Notes: generated by a model from the letters alone, not told the origin. Shown: positions 24,601 to 33,719, numbered from the stretch's first letter. The stretch is DNA of 64,000 nt from Macrostomum lignano (GCA_002269645.1 NIVC01002294.1:62001-126000), one strand, 5' to 3'. Program-made: numbers and translations.

Positions 24601-26364
24601 CAAGCCAGACCCGCATACCCAAATTCGGCCGAAGCCACTGGATGGGTCGCCAGCGTCGGAGCCCAGTCTGTCCAGCAGCCCTAGGGTCTGCCTTGAACAC
24701 ACGCGGGGACGAGTACCCTGGGTCGACTTGTGAAACAGCGTGAGGGGGGGGGGGTCTGCGGCTGCCAGTGGCAAATAGCGGGTGCAGACCTCCCTCTCCA
24801 GCCTTGACCTGCTGAATATAGGGGCAGGCGTGAAGCATCGCAGACCGTAGCCCTTAGGCCTGGTCTGTCTCATACTTCACTGGCGTGCTGAATACACCTT
24901 CGCGTGCGGAGACAGAGTCTCTTGAGCTATCAGCCCGCCAGGGGAGGCAGGTGTGAGCATCGCTGGCTGGGATAAAGGCCATACCAGTCTCATACTGCAC
25001 AGATAGTTCACCACGCCATTACGTGCAGGACCCGGGGTCCTGGGGGCAACAGCCCCGGCTGTCTCATAGTGTCTCATAGTGTGTCTCACAGTGTCTCATA
25101 GTGTCTCATAGTGTGTCTCATAATGTGTCATAGTGTTTCACAGTGTGTCTCATAGTGTCACTGTGTCTCACTGTGTCTCATAGTGTCTCATAGTGTTTTA
25201 TAATGTATTCAATAGTTCATTTAATAGTTTATCTCATAGTTTATCTCATAGTGTATCTCATAGTTTATCTCATAGTTTATCTCATAGTGTATCTCATGGT
25301 TTATCTCATAGTTTATTTCATAGTTAATCTCATAGTTTATCTCATAGTTTATCTCATAGTGTATCTCATAGTTTATCTCATAGGGTTTGCATGAGGGCAT
25401 TCAGCTGCACTATCAGGGTGGATATTGAAGCTGGTGCTTCTGCAAGGCAGAATCTGTCAATGTGATGCATTAGCAGAGTGAGCACCGCACACCGAGTGCC
25501 CTCAAAAGCACTCGGGGCCACCCGAGCGGCAAGGACGGGATTAAAATCCACTTTAATTTCGCTCAGCTCCGCAGTCAGCAGGGATTTCCCAAAAAAAATG
25601 ATGAGGAAAAATCTAGAATTTCCCGCATTTTTTCTCCAGCTGCATCCTAATTAACAGGGGATGCAGCAACCTGCGAGCCTGGCTGCGCAGATTCAATTGG
25701 GAACCTTCCCTGTTGCTACGGAGTGCTCACCTGAGCAATGCCAGCTCTTCTGGGGGAAAACAGAAATTCACAGGCGGTTGGGGGAGCTCTTCTGTGTCCT
25801 CAGACTCAGCCCTGACAGCCTCAGCCCTGACAGCCTCAGACCTGACAGCCTGAGACCTGACAGCCTCAGCCCTGACAACCCATCAATCTGACAACCCATC
25901 AATCTGACAATCCATCAATCTTGACAACCCATCAATCTGACAACCCATCAATCTGACAACCCATCAATCTCACAACCCATCAATCTCACAACCCATCAAT
26001 CTGACAACCCATCAATCTCACAACCCATCAATCTGACAACCCATCAATCTGACAACCCATCAATCTGACAACCCATCAATCTGACAACCCATCAATCTGA
26101 CAACCCATCAATCTGACAACCCATCAATCTGACAACCCATCAATCTGACAACCCATCAATCTGACAACCCATCAATCTGACAACCCATCAATCTGACAAC
26201 CCATCAATCTGACAACCCATCAATCTGACAACCCATCAATCTGACAACCCATCACAGGACGTAGCATCAAGTCGGGCATCACGGTGAAAGAAGCCAGCGC
26301 CAAGCCCGCCATCACTGCCATGCTGCGGCAGCCCAGCATCCCAGTCCCGAATCGCAGTCTTTAA
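12694..26364 (+). CDS. Candidate small two-exon gene whose intron would contain the satellite and both retrotransposons
   Basis: Exon 12614-12751 (tccag| ... AGA G|gtgagc, ATG at 12694) and exon 26258-26364 (cacag|GA CGT AGC ... TAA) join in phase, giving MPKAVKAKTGRASDLGLGRGRSIKSGITVKEASAKPAITAMLRQPSIPVPNRSL. In the second exon 26 of 34 codons end in G/C. No homolog recognised. Confidence 0.3.
12946..13479. repeat. (TAGTGTCTCA)n 10-bp satellite, left flank of the retrotransposon pair
   Basis: Variants CACTGTCTCA, TAGTGCCTCA and TAGTGTGTCTCA; runs directly into the element 1 tail. Confidence 0.95.
13598..17301 (-). pseudogene. Element 1 ORF2 (pol): APE, RT, RNase H, C-terminal CCHC; 1-bp frameshift at ~15391-15399
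   Basis: APE motifs LQINTQHC, VQEPW, GDVNAHH, SDHRF. RT motifs FLDIEGAFD, PQGG, GYADD. RNase H motifs YTDGS, QSEV, SDSQAAL, WIPGH, NERAD. C-terminal CPFC...HFICHC. Split between track ORFs 15286-17301 and 13598-15523 at a GGGGGCCCC run. Confidence 0.9.
17298..18818 (-). CDS. Element 1 ORF1 (~506 aa from MASNRSNK), no CCHC knuckle
   Basis: Real ATG at 18818 (the track start is an upstream non-ATG codon). The central domain SYADAAK...LIW...RIWVP...ILGLSDAW aligns with element 2 ORF1. Its stop overlaps the ORF2 start (ATGA). Confidence 0.85.
   Translation of the reverse strand: MASNRSNKPAVDDTVPPASAGAVDSSAIPPATIGDASARPVEPTLSGASEKTPATPAAKKRSTTSGAARRRLNKARRAKEGGSQTGARGQRPAAAEASQSGAVAEEGLEPTEAPAQDREADAAGRVDSPPEESSTDPRASYADAAKRQPAVVILGKDARLSPDQLKQVRSAVDGLLWKQTLKGTPLNIHSNATRDSCLLIWPSDADSGRRLLELLPEQSWDLNLAFCREDERPRTKRHRIWVPARSVVTSADELRKGLLAVNRELPAAGLVVHDTLKRTDGTGFTAILGLSDAWMRRYPHGSFINVGLWKLRIRSYEADPPRGSEQSGRDAEAAGAEAQASAQSAKANRPARQHGRAGKAERAAEGGGDRRPARSTKRRGLYQRAAEAVRTAKISQLRREVAGTPRRTSSSREGGDVPAGPNPSGQGRLETDPPAQAAGCSRALGQSEAEDPMDGGQRAANAAYCLPANRGPFAEEEPMDTGDPDPKPVSAEEEEELLAAATSDLQ
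19047..19126 (-). ncRNA. Candidate HDV-like ribozyme, element 1 5' UTR (P1 imperfect)
   Basis: P2 CGAA/UUCG, P3 GGG/CCC, L3 UACUCGU, P1.1 AC/GU, P4 GGCAGGCCC-CCUU-GGGCCCUGCC, J4/2 GAGCUGA. The P1 partner for GUGGGU has a mismatch (GCGCAC) or relies on G-U pairs (UUUCAC). Confidence 0.55.
19260..22964 (-). CDS. Element 2 ORF2 (pol), ~1234 aa: APE, RT, RNase H, CCHC
   Basis: Motifs LQINLQHC, VQEPW, GDINAHH, SDHKF; FLDIIGAFD, KGSPQGG, GYADD; YTDGS, QNEV, SDSQAAL, WIPGH, NELAD; CPFC...HFVCHC. The first ATG is at 22964 (the track start 22970 is GTG). Confidence 0.96.
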   Translation of the reverse strand: MISNQGIHCLQINLQHCVAASVNLMRYAELDKPGLILVQEPWTLRGKPQNAPAGYNCFYTYPREANQPPRACIFASKTLSAWLRSDLSNRDICVIQSEDLLPGKTTLIASVYLPGDAAVVPRALATLVELCSAKNYELMVAGDINAHHTHWGSTGINQRGEDLLAYVASTTLEFCNSGSTPTFDNGRWSEVIDATLATPRLYQSIGAWRVLPVSSLSDHKFISFNLMAARSATRVMWRRNARNTDWETFGLALKEFHRSPGQPFTITSCREADECATVLTETLTAAFEASCPLKAYKGKKSAPWWNPELGNLRRRAKRLHRRATKTKSPADQTAYHEAIHEFKRQVRNAKAQKWRQYCEELEGSRPTSRVVKALTLDKMSKLSSVKRTDGTSTDNPGETLDVMLTAFFPNEPANQTTPDHSEGGHALAASIITEDRIVRAANSFKPFKAPGPDGIVPALLREAVKCPGFLRKLCSLLRACITLGYVPQAWTEAKVIFIPKPGRPDYHSIKSFRPISLTSSLVKLMERLVLWRLLSVELKNKPLSENQHAFRAGRSTESALHVLVDKLEKAVLGSGFALGIFLDIIGAFDNVLFEAFRRALCERLTHSHLTRWIMYMISHRTATASLLGYQRTVPVCKGSPQGGVLSPVLWNMVIDELLRDVRPDPILKVGYADDVTAVASGPSPDTLRDLLQNFIYAAEQWADRCGLRLSETKTAAIMFTSRTKWQIRPLTLYGREIPFCKQTKCLGITLDHRLNWSPHVQTKAKKAFAVLAQLRRAVGTTWGLTPKRLWWIYTAMVRPAISYGGLIWASALQIKTCLEALRRAQGRACRTIMSAPPSAPYDGLNAFLNIPPLDIFVRREAAKTARRLADAGIRIQPHRAMAKRKLLPHADLCLKDLRDSGGLHVLSDGEPRTLNLFQRYKVTIPSRDAANDHWNFQEVHCYTDGSIKDGRAGFGVCIIINGRVIATHAQHTGRLSTVFQNEVLAISSCAAELNAKVTRGKTIVIHSDSQAALQALCHTTTNSRTVADCARQLNLLARSNTVRLKWIPGHAGFPGNELADTLAKRGGSGSFFGPAPLVPMPLTVINRQIDDWADSLHRDRWAGTQNCRQSRAAVPCPSHRLRNILLNQNRKDIRALVMTLTGHGYLARHCFLRGDLESEICPFCECDNEDAQHFVCHCPFFNRDRLRYLGPNPSIDEVCQPDSIPRLIQFLRATRRASFFPTEDHAAGRTGGPP
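22967..24433 (-). CDS. Element 2 ORF1 (488 aa), no CCHC knuckle
   Basis: ATG at 24433. Arg-rich and low-complexity ends surround a central domain (NYASKVK...IFIW...RVWIP...ILGLSDDW) homologous to element 1 ORF1. Confidence 0.9.
   Translation of the reverse strand: MASSASLTPAEAGAPATPAGDSGTSAAPPGADGLAAGSAGDMPARATGPSAEARRTRNQRRNERRRRLRGTAGRPPAEGEPREGEAAVGPKGTTATPAPQDTTPAGEPPSIPATSAAGPSGTAATNYASKVKLQPAVIVFGEEQDLTADELDSAWRTIDAALIDQLLAGRPVSVVKSAKTDGCIFIWCSSEESSRNLRELLPKLNWPKKLGKLVFASEGERQKTQRFRVWIPAGSAIKSGDQLRQILLKLHPDLKVNGLLHHATSRKEKGATVILGLSDDWAKRLPPKSTIHIGLTQLTILRCEERKADEAKNAKASETGTGAQAPPAKKPRQTADPMPGKAVRAAETGNRNRRPARSTRRSGLIQRALDQAKNLRAHRERARASRAPPQQPEGQTLSGEAPTDWFESVTHQEAGATRIDLTDEAEGTGSDSTEARRRGDGNVHAGLTSAEDSTATLTAEDAETPMEVCGSPTTEKEEDDLLNDSPTA
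24655..24907 (-). ncRNA. Candidate HDV-like ribozyme with long J1/2, element 2 5' UTR
   Basis: P1 GCACGCG (24907-24901) / CGCGUGU (24705-24699), 7 bp with G-U at position 1; P2 CCCA/UGGG extended by GUCG/CGAC; P3 GGG/CCC; L3 UACUCGU; P1.1 AC/GU; P4 GCAG-CCC/GGG-CUGC; J4/2 GGACAGAC. Confidence 0.7.
25059..25385. repeat. (TAGTGTCTCA)n satellite, right flank, drifting to (TAGTTTATCTCA)n
   Basis: Same unit and the same variant series as the left flank. Confidence 0.95.
25800..26252. repeat. Short 15-bp (CAGCCTCAGCCCTGA) array followed by a 16-bp (CTGACAACCCATCAAT)n array
   Basis: Direct inspection; the last unit runs into cacag| at 26257. Confidence 0.92.
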
Positions 26365-26834
26365 TTCAACCGGAACCCAACAGCAGCAGTGAATCAGATC
26401 TTTATCAGCTGTATAAATCTGATATCGCAGTGTAAACTCCGGAATGCAGAGACGCCGGCGCTGCAGATTTAATAGTGCGATAAATTTTTGTGATAATTTA
26501 ATATCTCACTATCAATCTCTCTGCACACTACAGCCGTCTGGCAGCATCCTCCAAGGCATCGGTGACCGGTTCTTCAAAAGCTTTGAAGTTGCTAATTATA
26601 CGTCTGCTAGGCAGTCTGGAGGCTATTCTCAGTGCTGCCAGACTGTGACGGACCCAGCGGCCCGTACAGAAGCTGTGCACTGTTAACCCGTCTGAGATGC
26701 TGCATTCTGATAAGTGCACCGCTCCATCACGCTGAAGCTTAAAATAGCACATGTTAGATATGTCACATCATCTCTGCCAAAGTTCATGTTCCTCAAAAAT
26801 GGAATTTATTTCTTTCACTTTCAAGCATGCGATT

Positions 26835-28110
26835 TCACAATCCCAGCCTTATGCTGGCCATTCACAATCCCAGCTTTATGCTGGCCATTCACAATCCCAT
26901 CGTTATGCTGGCCATTCACAATCCCATCTTTATGCTGGCCATTCACAATCCCATCGTTATTCTGGCCATTCACAATCCCATCTTTATGCTGGCCATTCAC
27001 AATCCCAGCTTTATGCCGGTTGTTCACAATCCCATCTTTATGCTGGCCATTCACAATCCCATCTTTATTCTGGCCATTCACAATCCCATCTTTATGCTGG
27101 CCATTCACAATCCCAGCTTTATGCTGGCCATTCACAATCCCATCTTTATGCTGGCCATTCACAATCCCAGCTTTATGCCGGCCATTCACAATCCCAGCTT
27201 TATGCTGGCCATTCACAATCCCATCGTTATGCTGGCCATTCACAATCCCATCTTTATGCTGGCCATTCACAATCCCATCTTTATGCTGGCCATTCACAAT
27301 CCCAGCTTTATGCCGGCCATTCACAATCCCATCTTTATGCTGGCCATTCACAATCCCATCGTTATGCTGGCCATTCACAATCCCATCTTTATGCTGGCCA
27401 TTCACAATCCCATCGTTATTCTGGCCATTCACAATCCCATCTTTATGCTGGCCATTCACAATCCCAGCTTTATGCCGGTTGTTCACAATCCCATCTTTAT
27501 GCTGGCCATTCACAATCCCATCTTTATGCCGGCCATTCACAATCCCATCTTTATGCTGGCCATTCACAATCCCAGCTTTATGCTGGCCATTCACAATCCC
27601 AGCTTTATGCTGGCCATTCACAATCCCATCTTTATGCTGGCCATTCACAATCCCAGCTTTATGCTGGCCATTCACAATCCCATCTTTATGCCAGGTGTTC
27701 ACAATCCCAGCTTTATGCTGGCCATTCACAATCCCAGCTTTATGCTGGGTGTTCACAATCCCAGCTTTATGCCGGGTGTTCACAATCCCAGCTTTATGCC
27801 GGGTGTTCACAATCCCAGCTTTATGCTGGCCATTCACAATCCCATCTTTATGCTGGCCATTCACAATCCCATCTTTATGCCAGGTGTTCACAATCTCAGC
27901 TTTATGCTGGCCATTCACAATCTCAGCTTTATGCTGGCCATTCACAATCCCATCTTTATGCTGGCCATTCACAATCCCAGCTTTATGCCGGGTGTTCACA
28001 ATCCCAGCTTTATGCCGGGTGTTCACAATCCCAGCTTTATCCCGGATGTTCACAATCCCAGCTTTATGTCGGGTGTTCACAATCCCAGCTTTATGCCGGG
28101 TGTTCACAAT
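26835..28110. repeat. 27-bp minisatellite (TTCACAATCCCATCTTTATGCTGGCCA)n
   Basis: About 47 copies with a variant gradient; stop-free in several frames. Confidence 0.95.
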
Positions 28111-28504
28111 CCTCATTTTTGTGTCATGAGAGCTCTTGCTTGCCAGAACTTCAGTTCTGGTGCCGCCAAGTCAGGTGACTTGTTCTCGTTGGGAATAAAT
28201 TCGGTAGATCGCAGTTGCAATTCCCTCCCCTAAAAACAACATTTGATCGACTTCAGAGATCCATGACCGGTCCTTGACTGCAAGCATGGCCATCCCCTGC
28301 ATAATTCTGAAAGGGTTTTCCGTTGGCGGGACTTCGAATGTTCGAATCAGCTCCTGGCAGCGAGCCATGCTTCATGATTGCGGTCTTGGGTGACTCATTC
28401 TAGTGCGGGGAAAGCCCACTTGCATTGCCATGGTATCCTTGAGGTGACATGGAATACTAGGCATAAAAATCTGGAATGGAAGCCAATTTGCAATTATTTT
28501 AACT

Positions 28505-29660
28505 TGAACATTGAGATCCGGGGTATTGAGACCCAGGGAGTTGAGATCCGGTGAATTGAGACCCAGGGAATTGAGATCCGGGGAATTGAGATCCGGGGAA
28601 TTGAGACCCAGGGAATTGAGACTCTTGGAATTGAGACCCAGGGAATTGAGATCCGGGGAATTGAGATCCGGGGAATTGAGACCCAGGGAATTGAGATCCG
28701 GTGAATTGAGACCCAGGGAATTGAGATCCGATGAATTGAGATCCGGGGAAGTGAGACCCAGGGAATTGAGACTTGGAGAATTGAGACTCAGGGAATTGAG
28801 ACTCGGGGAGTTGAGACTCGGGGAATTGAGACTCGGGGAATTGAGACTCTTGGAATTGAAATCCGGTGAATTGAGACTCGGGAAATTGAGACTCGGGGAA
28901 TTGAGACTCGGGGAATTGAGACTCGGGGAATTGAGACTCTTGGAATTGAAATCCGGTGAATTGAGACTCGGGAAATTGAGACTCGGGGAATTGAGACTCA
29001 GGGAATTGAGACTCGGGGAATTGAGACTCTTGGAATTGAAATCCGGTGAATTGAGACTCGGGGAATTGAGACTCTTGGAATTGAAATCCGGTGAATTGAG
29101 ACTCGGGAAATTGAGACTCGGGGAATTGAGACTCGGGGAATTGAGACTCTTGGAATTGAAATCCGGTGAATTGAGACTCGGGAAATTGAGACTCGGGGAA
29201 TTGAGACTCGGGAAATTGAGACTCGGGGAATTGAGACTCGGAGAATTGAGACTCGGTGAATTGAGACTCGGTGAATTGAGACTCGGTGAATTGAGACTCG
29301 GGGAATTGAGACTCGGGGAATTGAGACTCGGAGAATTGAGACTCGGTGAATTGAGACTCGGTGAATTGAGACTCGGGGAATTGAGACTCGGAGAATTGAG
29401 ACTCGGTGAATTGAGACTCGGGGAATCGAGACTCGGGGAATCGAGACTCGGGGAATTGAGACACGGGGAATTGAGACTCGGGAAATTGAGACTCGGGGAA
29501 TCGAGACTCGGGGAATCGAGACTCGGGGAATCGAGACTCGGGGAATTGAGACTTGGGGAATCGAGACTCGGGGAATCGAGACTCGGGGAATCGAGACTCG
29601 GGGAATCGAGACTTGGGGAATTGAGACTTGGGGAATCGAGACTCGGGGAATTTATATCCG
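28505..29660. repeat. 15-bp minisatellite (GGGGAATTGAGACTC)n
   Basis: Direct inspection. Confidence 0.95.
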
Positions 29661-30659
29661 GGGAATGGATGATATGGGAAAGGGGATTCAGGGAGCCTGG
29701 CTGCCTGGCAATGCCGCCCAATCAGCCACCTGTCGCATCCATTTACTCTTATTTTCCTGTTTAATCCCAGACTCCTCCCAATGCACTTCTCGCCAGAGTC
29801 GAGCAGCAGGGCACTGACAAGCTTCGAGCATTCAGCATCAAAACTACAGCAAGCGGGAGGAGCTGACAGGTTGATGCTCACAGCTGTCATGCCGGCATGT
29901 CAAGTTCAACCAGCAGACAGGGGCGGCGCGCCCGATCCCACCTGGTTTCCCCATTCGAAAATAATAAGTTTTGTTTTCGAGCGTGGGTGGAAAGGCGGCC
30001 TTTAAAGCTTGTCCCCATCTGTCTGCCTGTGTCTGCAGCGCCAGTCCTGAACTCTGCTGTGCCTGTGTGGTCCCGTTCCCAAGCCGCTGCCAGTCCGCGG
30101 CCTGCCGCCCCCTGCTGTCTCCCGCGGCCCCGCCAGCTGAGTCAGCACAGCGCACCCAGTTAGTGGGGGTGGGGGTTGCCGCCCCCGCAAAGTGCGCGAG
30201 CCCCCCTAATGGAGCGGCCCTTCACTGCTTCTTTGCCGAGTCTATTTTTAGAATCCAGCTTTGAGGGGGCCGCAGTGTGAACAGCAAGTCGGTGCGACCT
30301 GGCCATTTCCAGTGCAACAAACTTCCATTGGCCAGAGCTGGCGTGAGTGTTTTTTGCCAACCAGCCAAGCACTGCCTTCTGGGGGGTGTTGCGGTTAAAA
30401 GCGCACGGCGCAAAAACCAACAACCAACCCAATAAACAGACCACACAAACATCTGGCTAGTAAAGAAAGTTGAAGGCTGGCGGAAATCTTCAGGAAGCAA
30501 CCGGCCGGGACTTTGAGCCTCCCGTGAGCAGGTGAGTCCTGCCGAGCCTCTTGTGCTAATCTCGACTCAAAGGGATTTCTCTTCCGGATACGGCTTGCTG
30601 AGTGGGAGCAAAGTCCCTGTCTGTGAATTTGTTAATTGCATTTCTAGTGCGGGTTTTCA

Positions 30660-32090
30660 GAGCCCTCAGTTCTGACTCAGCCTTGCAGGGTGTCAGAGCA
30701 TCCCCAGTCCTGACTCTCAGCATTGCGGGGTGTCAGAGCATCCCCAGTCCTGACTCTCAGCATTGCGGGGTGTCAGAGCATCCACAGTCTGACTCTCAAC
30801 CTTGCGGGGTGTCAGAGCATCCCCAGCCCAGTCCTGACTCTCAACCTTGCGGGTTGTCAGAACATCCACAGTCCTGACTCTCAGCTTTGTGGGGTGTCAG
30901 AGAATCCGCAGTCCTGACTCTCAGCTTTGCGGGGTGTCAGAGCATCCACAGTCCTGACTCTCAACGTTACGGGGTGTCAGAGCATCCCCAGCCCAGTCCT
31001 GACTCTCAACCTTGCGGGGTGTCAGAGCATCCTCAGCCCAGTCCTGACTCTCAGCCTTGCAGAATGTCAGAGCATCCACAGTCCTGACTCTCAGCCTTGC
31101 AGAGTGCCAGAGCATCCCCAATCCTGACTCTCAGCCTTGCAGAGTGCCAGAGCCCCTCCCCAGTTCAGACTCTCAGCCTTGCAGAGTGCCAATCCCCCTC
31201 CCGAGTTCTGACTCTCAGCTTTGCGGGGTGTCAGAGCATCCACAGTCCTGACTCTCAGCCTTGCAGAGTGCCAGAGCATCCCCAATCCTGACTCTCAGCC
31301 TTGCAGAGTGCCAGAGCCCCTCCCCAGTCCTGACTCTCAGCCTTGCCGAGTGTCAGAGCATCCCCAGTTCTGACTCTCAGCCTTACAGAGTGCCAGACCT
31401 CCTCCCCAGTTCTGACTCTCAGCTATGCGGGGTGTCAGAGCATCCACAGTTCTGACTCTCAGCCTTACAGAGTGCCAGACCTCCTCCCCAGTTCTGACTC
31501 TCAGCTTTGCGGGGTGTCAGAGCATCCACAGTCATGACTCTCAGCCTTGCAGAGTGTCAGAGCATCCACAGTCCTGACTCTCAGCTTTGCAGAGTGCCAG
31601 AGCATCCACAGTCCTGACTCTCAGCTTTGCGGGTGTCAGAGCATCCACAGTCCTGACTCTCAGCTTTGCAGAGTGCCAGAGAATCCACAGTCCTGACTCT
31701 CAGCTTTGCGGGTGTCAGAGCATCCACAGTCCTGACTCTCAGCTTTGCAGAGTGCCAGAGCATCCACAGTCCTGACTCTCAGCCTTGCAGAATGTCAGAG
31801 CATCCACAGTCCTGACTCTCAGCTTTGCAGAGTGCCAGAGCATCCACAGTCCTGACTCTCAGCTTGCAGAGTGCCAGAGCATCCACAGTCCTGACTCTCA
31901 GCTTTGCAGAGTGCCAGAGCATCCACAGTCCTGACTCTCAGCTTGCAGAGTGCCAGAGCATCCACAGTCCTGACTCTCAGCTTGCAGAGTGCCAGAGCAT
32001 CCAAAGTCCTGACTCTCAGCTTGCAGAGTGCCAGAGCATCCACAGTCCTGACTCTCAGCTTGCAGAGTGCCAGAGCCCCTCCCCATTCCC
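30660..32090. repeat. ~38-45-bp minisatellite (CAGTCCTGACTCTCAGCTTTGCAGAGTGCCAGAGCATCCA-like)
   Basis: Invariant core CTGACTCTCA in each unit. Confidence 0.92.
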
Positions 32091-32929
32091 GCTACAAGCG
32101 CCAGGACACAGCAGACAGTCAAGAGCGAGCGCCCACGCGGCCGTTGCCTAGTTGCTATTTTTAGTGCCCATAAGAAGTTTGAGAGCTATATTGGGCCATC
32201 GAGCAGTCAGTGAGTGAGAACTGTGTGTCACTCACTAGTCAGTCATTACCAGCTGCCGGGCTCTCAGCAACTGTCTGTATAATTTTCTCTGCTATTCCGC
32301 AACGCCCTGTCATTATCAGAGCTGAGCTTTTCCTGGCGCCTCGGGGACTCGGTTCTTTCAAACACAGCTCATCCCTTCTAGAGCAACTTCATCAATGATT
32401 GGCTTTGACACACCCGGCCTACTGCCGGCTCCAGATGCCATCTCGGGAAGCCTCGAATGGGGCAGTTGCCGCCAGAGAATAGAAACTGTACATCGGCTTG
32501 ATGCGGGTAGCAGGCTGGCTGATGAGGACTCCCCTCCAGCCTCCATTGTCTCGCTCGGCCGCATGTATCTGCTGCTGCTGAAAGGCACCGCTAGGAAATT
32601 CTCGCGGCGTTGGTGAAGAGCAGAAAAAGCCCGAGGCAGGGATTTGCCCGAGCGCTTCAGAGCTGCCAGTCTGAGGCCGCTGAGCTGTTGAAAATTGGCG
32701 CTGCAGAGCGGCGCTGCTTCGGGGGGGGGGGTCTCGGTTGCTTTTCCTCAAAAGCAGAATCCCAGAGCTAAGCCAGACATCGGCCTCACAAATTCTGCTA
32801 GAAGCTGGGAATTTCATAATTAAAATGCTTTTCAGCCTGTTTTTCTTCTTCTGAAGTTTGTAAGTCTTTTTCAAGAACTTTCAATCTCGCGTGTGAGACA
32901 TTGTGAGGTGCCCGTTACTGATGGGAAAC

Positions 32930-33350
32930 GGGACTGGCAGCGGGACTGGCAGCGGGACTGGAAGCGGGACTGGCAGCGGATTGACAGTGGGATTAGCAGC
33001 AGGACTGGCAGCGGGACTGGCAGCGGGATTGACAGTGGGACTGGCAGCGGGACTGGCAGCGGGATTGACATTGGGATTAGCAGCAGGACTGGCAGCGGGA
33101 CTGGCAGCGGGATTAGCAGCGGGACTGGCAGCGGGACTGACATTGGGATTGGACAGCAGGACTGGCAGCGGGACTGGCAGCGAAATTTTGACACCCATGC
33201 AAGCGGATTAAAATAGCCATTCCAAGGAGGCAGCCAGGGATGAGGAGGCAGCCAGGGATGAGGAGGCAGCCAGGGATGAGTAGGCAGCCAGGGATGAGGA
33301 GGCAGCCAGGGATGAGTAGGCAGCCAGGGATGAGGAGGCAGCCAGGAATG
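32930..33350. repeat. 12-bp (GGGACTGGCAGC)n and 18-bp (GGCAGCCAGGGATGAGGA)n arrays
   Basis: 32930-33182 and 33228-33350. Confidence 0.9.
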
Positions 33351-33719
33351 AGCCACCGACATGCAACTGGACACCGCACATTCCGCAGGAATTTTTCTTA
33401 GAAGAAAACCATTTAGCGACAGGAAGCGGCGGGCGCCTCAGTGACTCGCCAGATTTTGCTGCTCGAGTGCGGAGCCGCAGCGGGAATGCAAATTTCTTCT
33501 TTGGGGCAACGCTGCCTCGCGCTGCTTCACTGGCGAGTTCCAGTGAGTTCCGTGAATGCGGTGGCGCGAGACGGTTGCCACCCGCAGCCCGCCCGCAGCC
33601 AGTTCTGCGGCTGCAGCGACCGCCCTGTCTGCCTGTCTGCCTGTCTGCTGCTGCTGCCGCTGCAATTGCAGTTCAGCTTGTCCGACTCTGCTTCTCTCTG
33701 CCTCTCGTCCTGACCTCTT

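Larger units (their letters stand above)
19157..25058 (-). mobile_element. Non-LTR retrotransposon, element 2 (R1/LOA-like), apparently full-length and intact
   Basis: Uninterrupted ORF1 and ORF2 and a ~625-nt 5' UTR abutting the satellite at 25059. Its 3' end CTGCAGCTAAGTCAAG is joined directly to element 1. Confidence 0.95.

Noticed and set aside
13462-24873. Many 60-240-aa ORFs overlapping the retrotransposon ORFs
   Set aside because: They are antisense or alternate-frame shadows of GC-rich coding sequence with no motifs.
24823-25000. Kink-turn in the duplicated UTR hairpin
   Set aside because: Tandem GA motifs are present but the bulge is 1 nt, not the 3 nt required.
26714-29890. Multiple 400-475-aa ORFs on both strands
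   Set aside because: They are translations of 27-bp and 15-bp minisatellites that are open in several frames at once.
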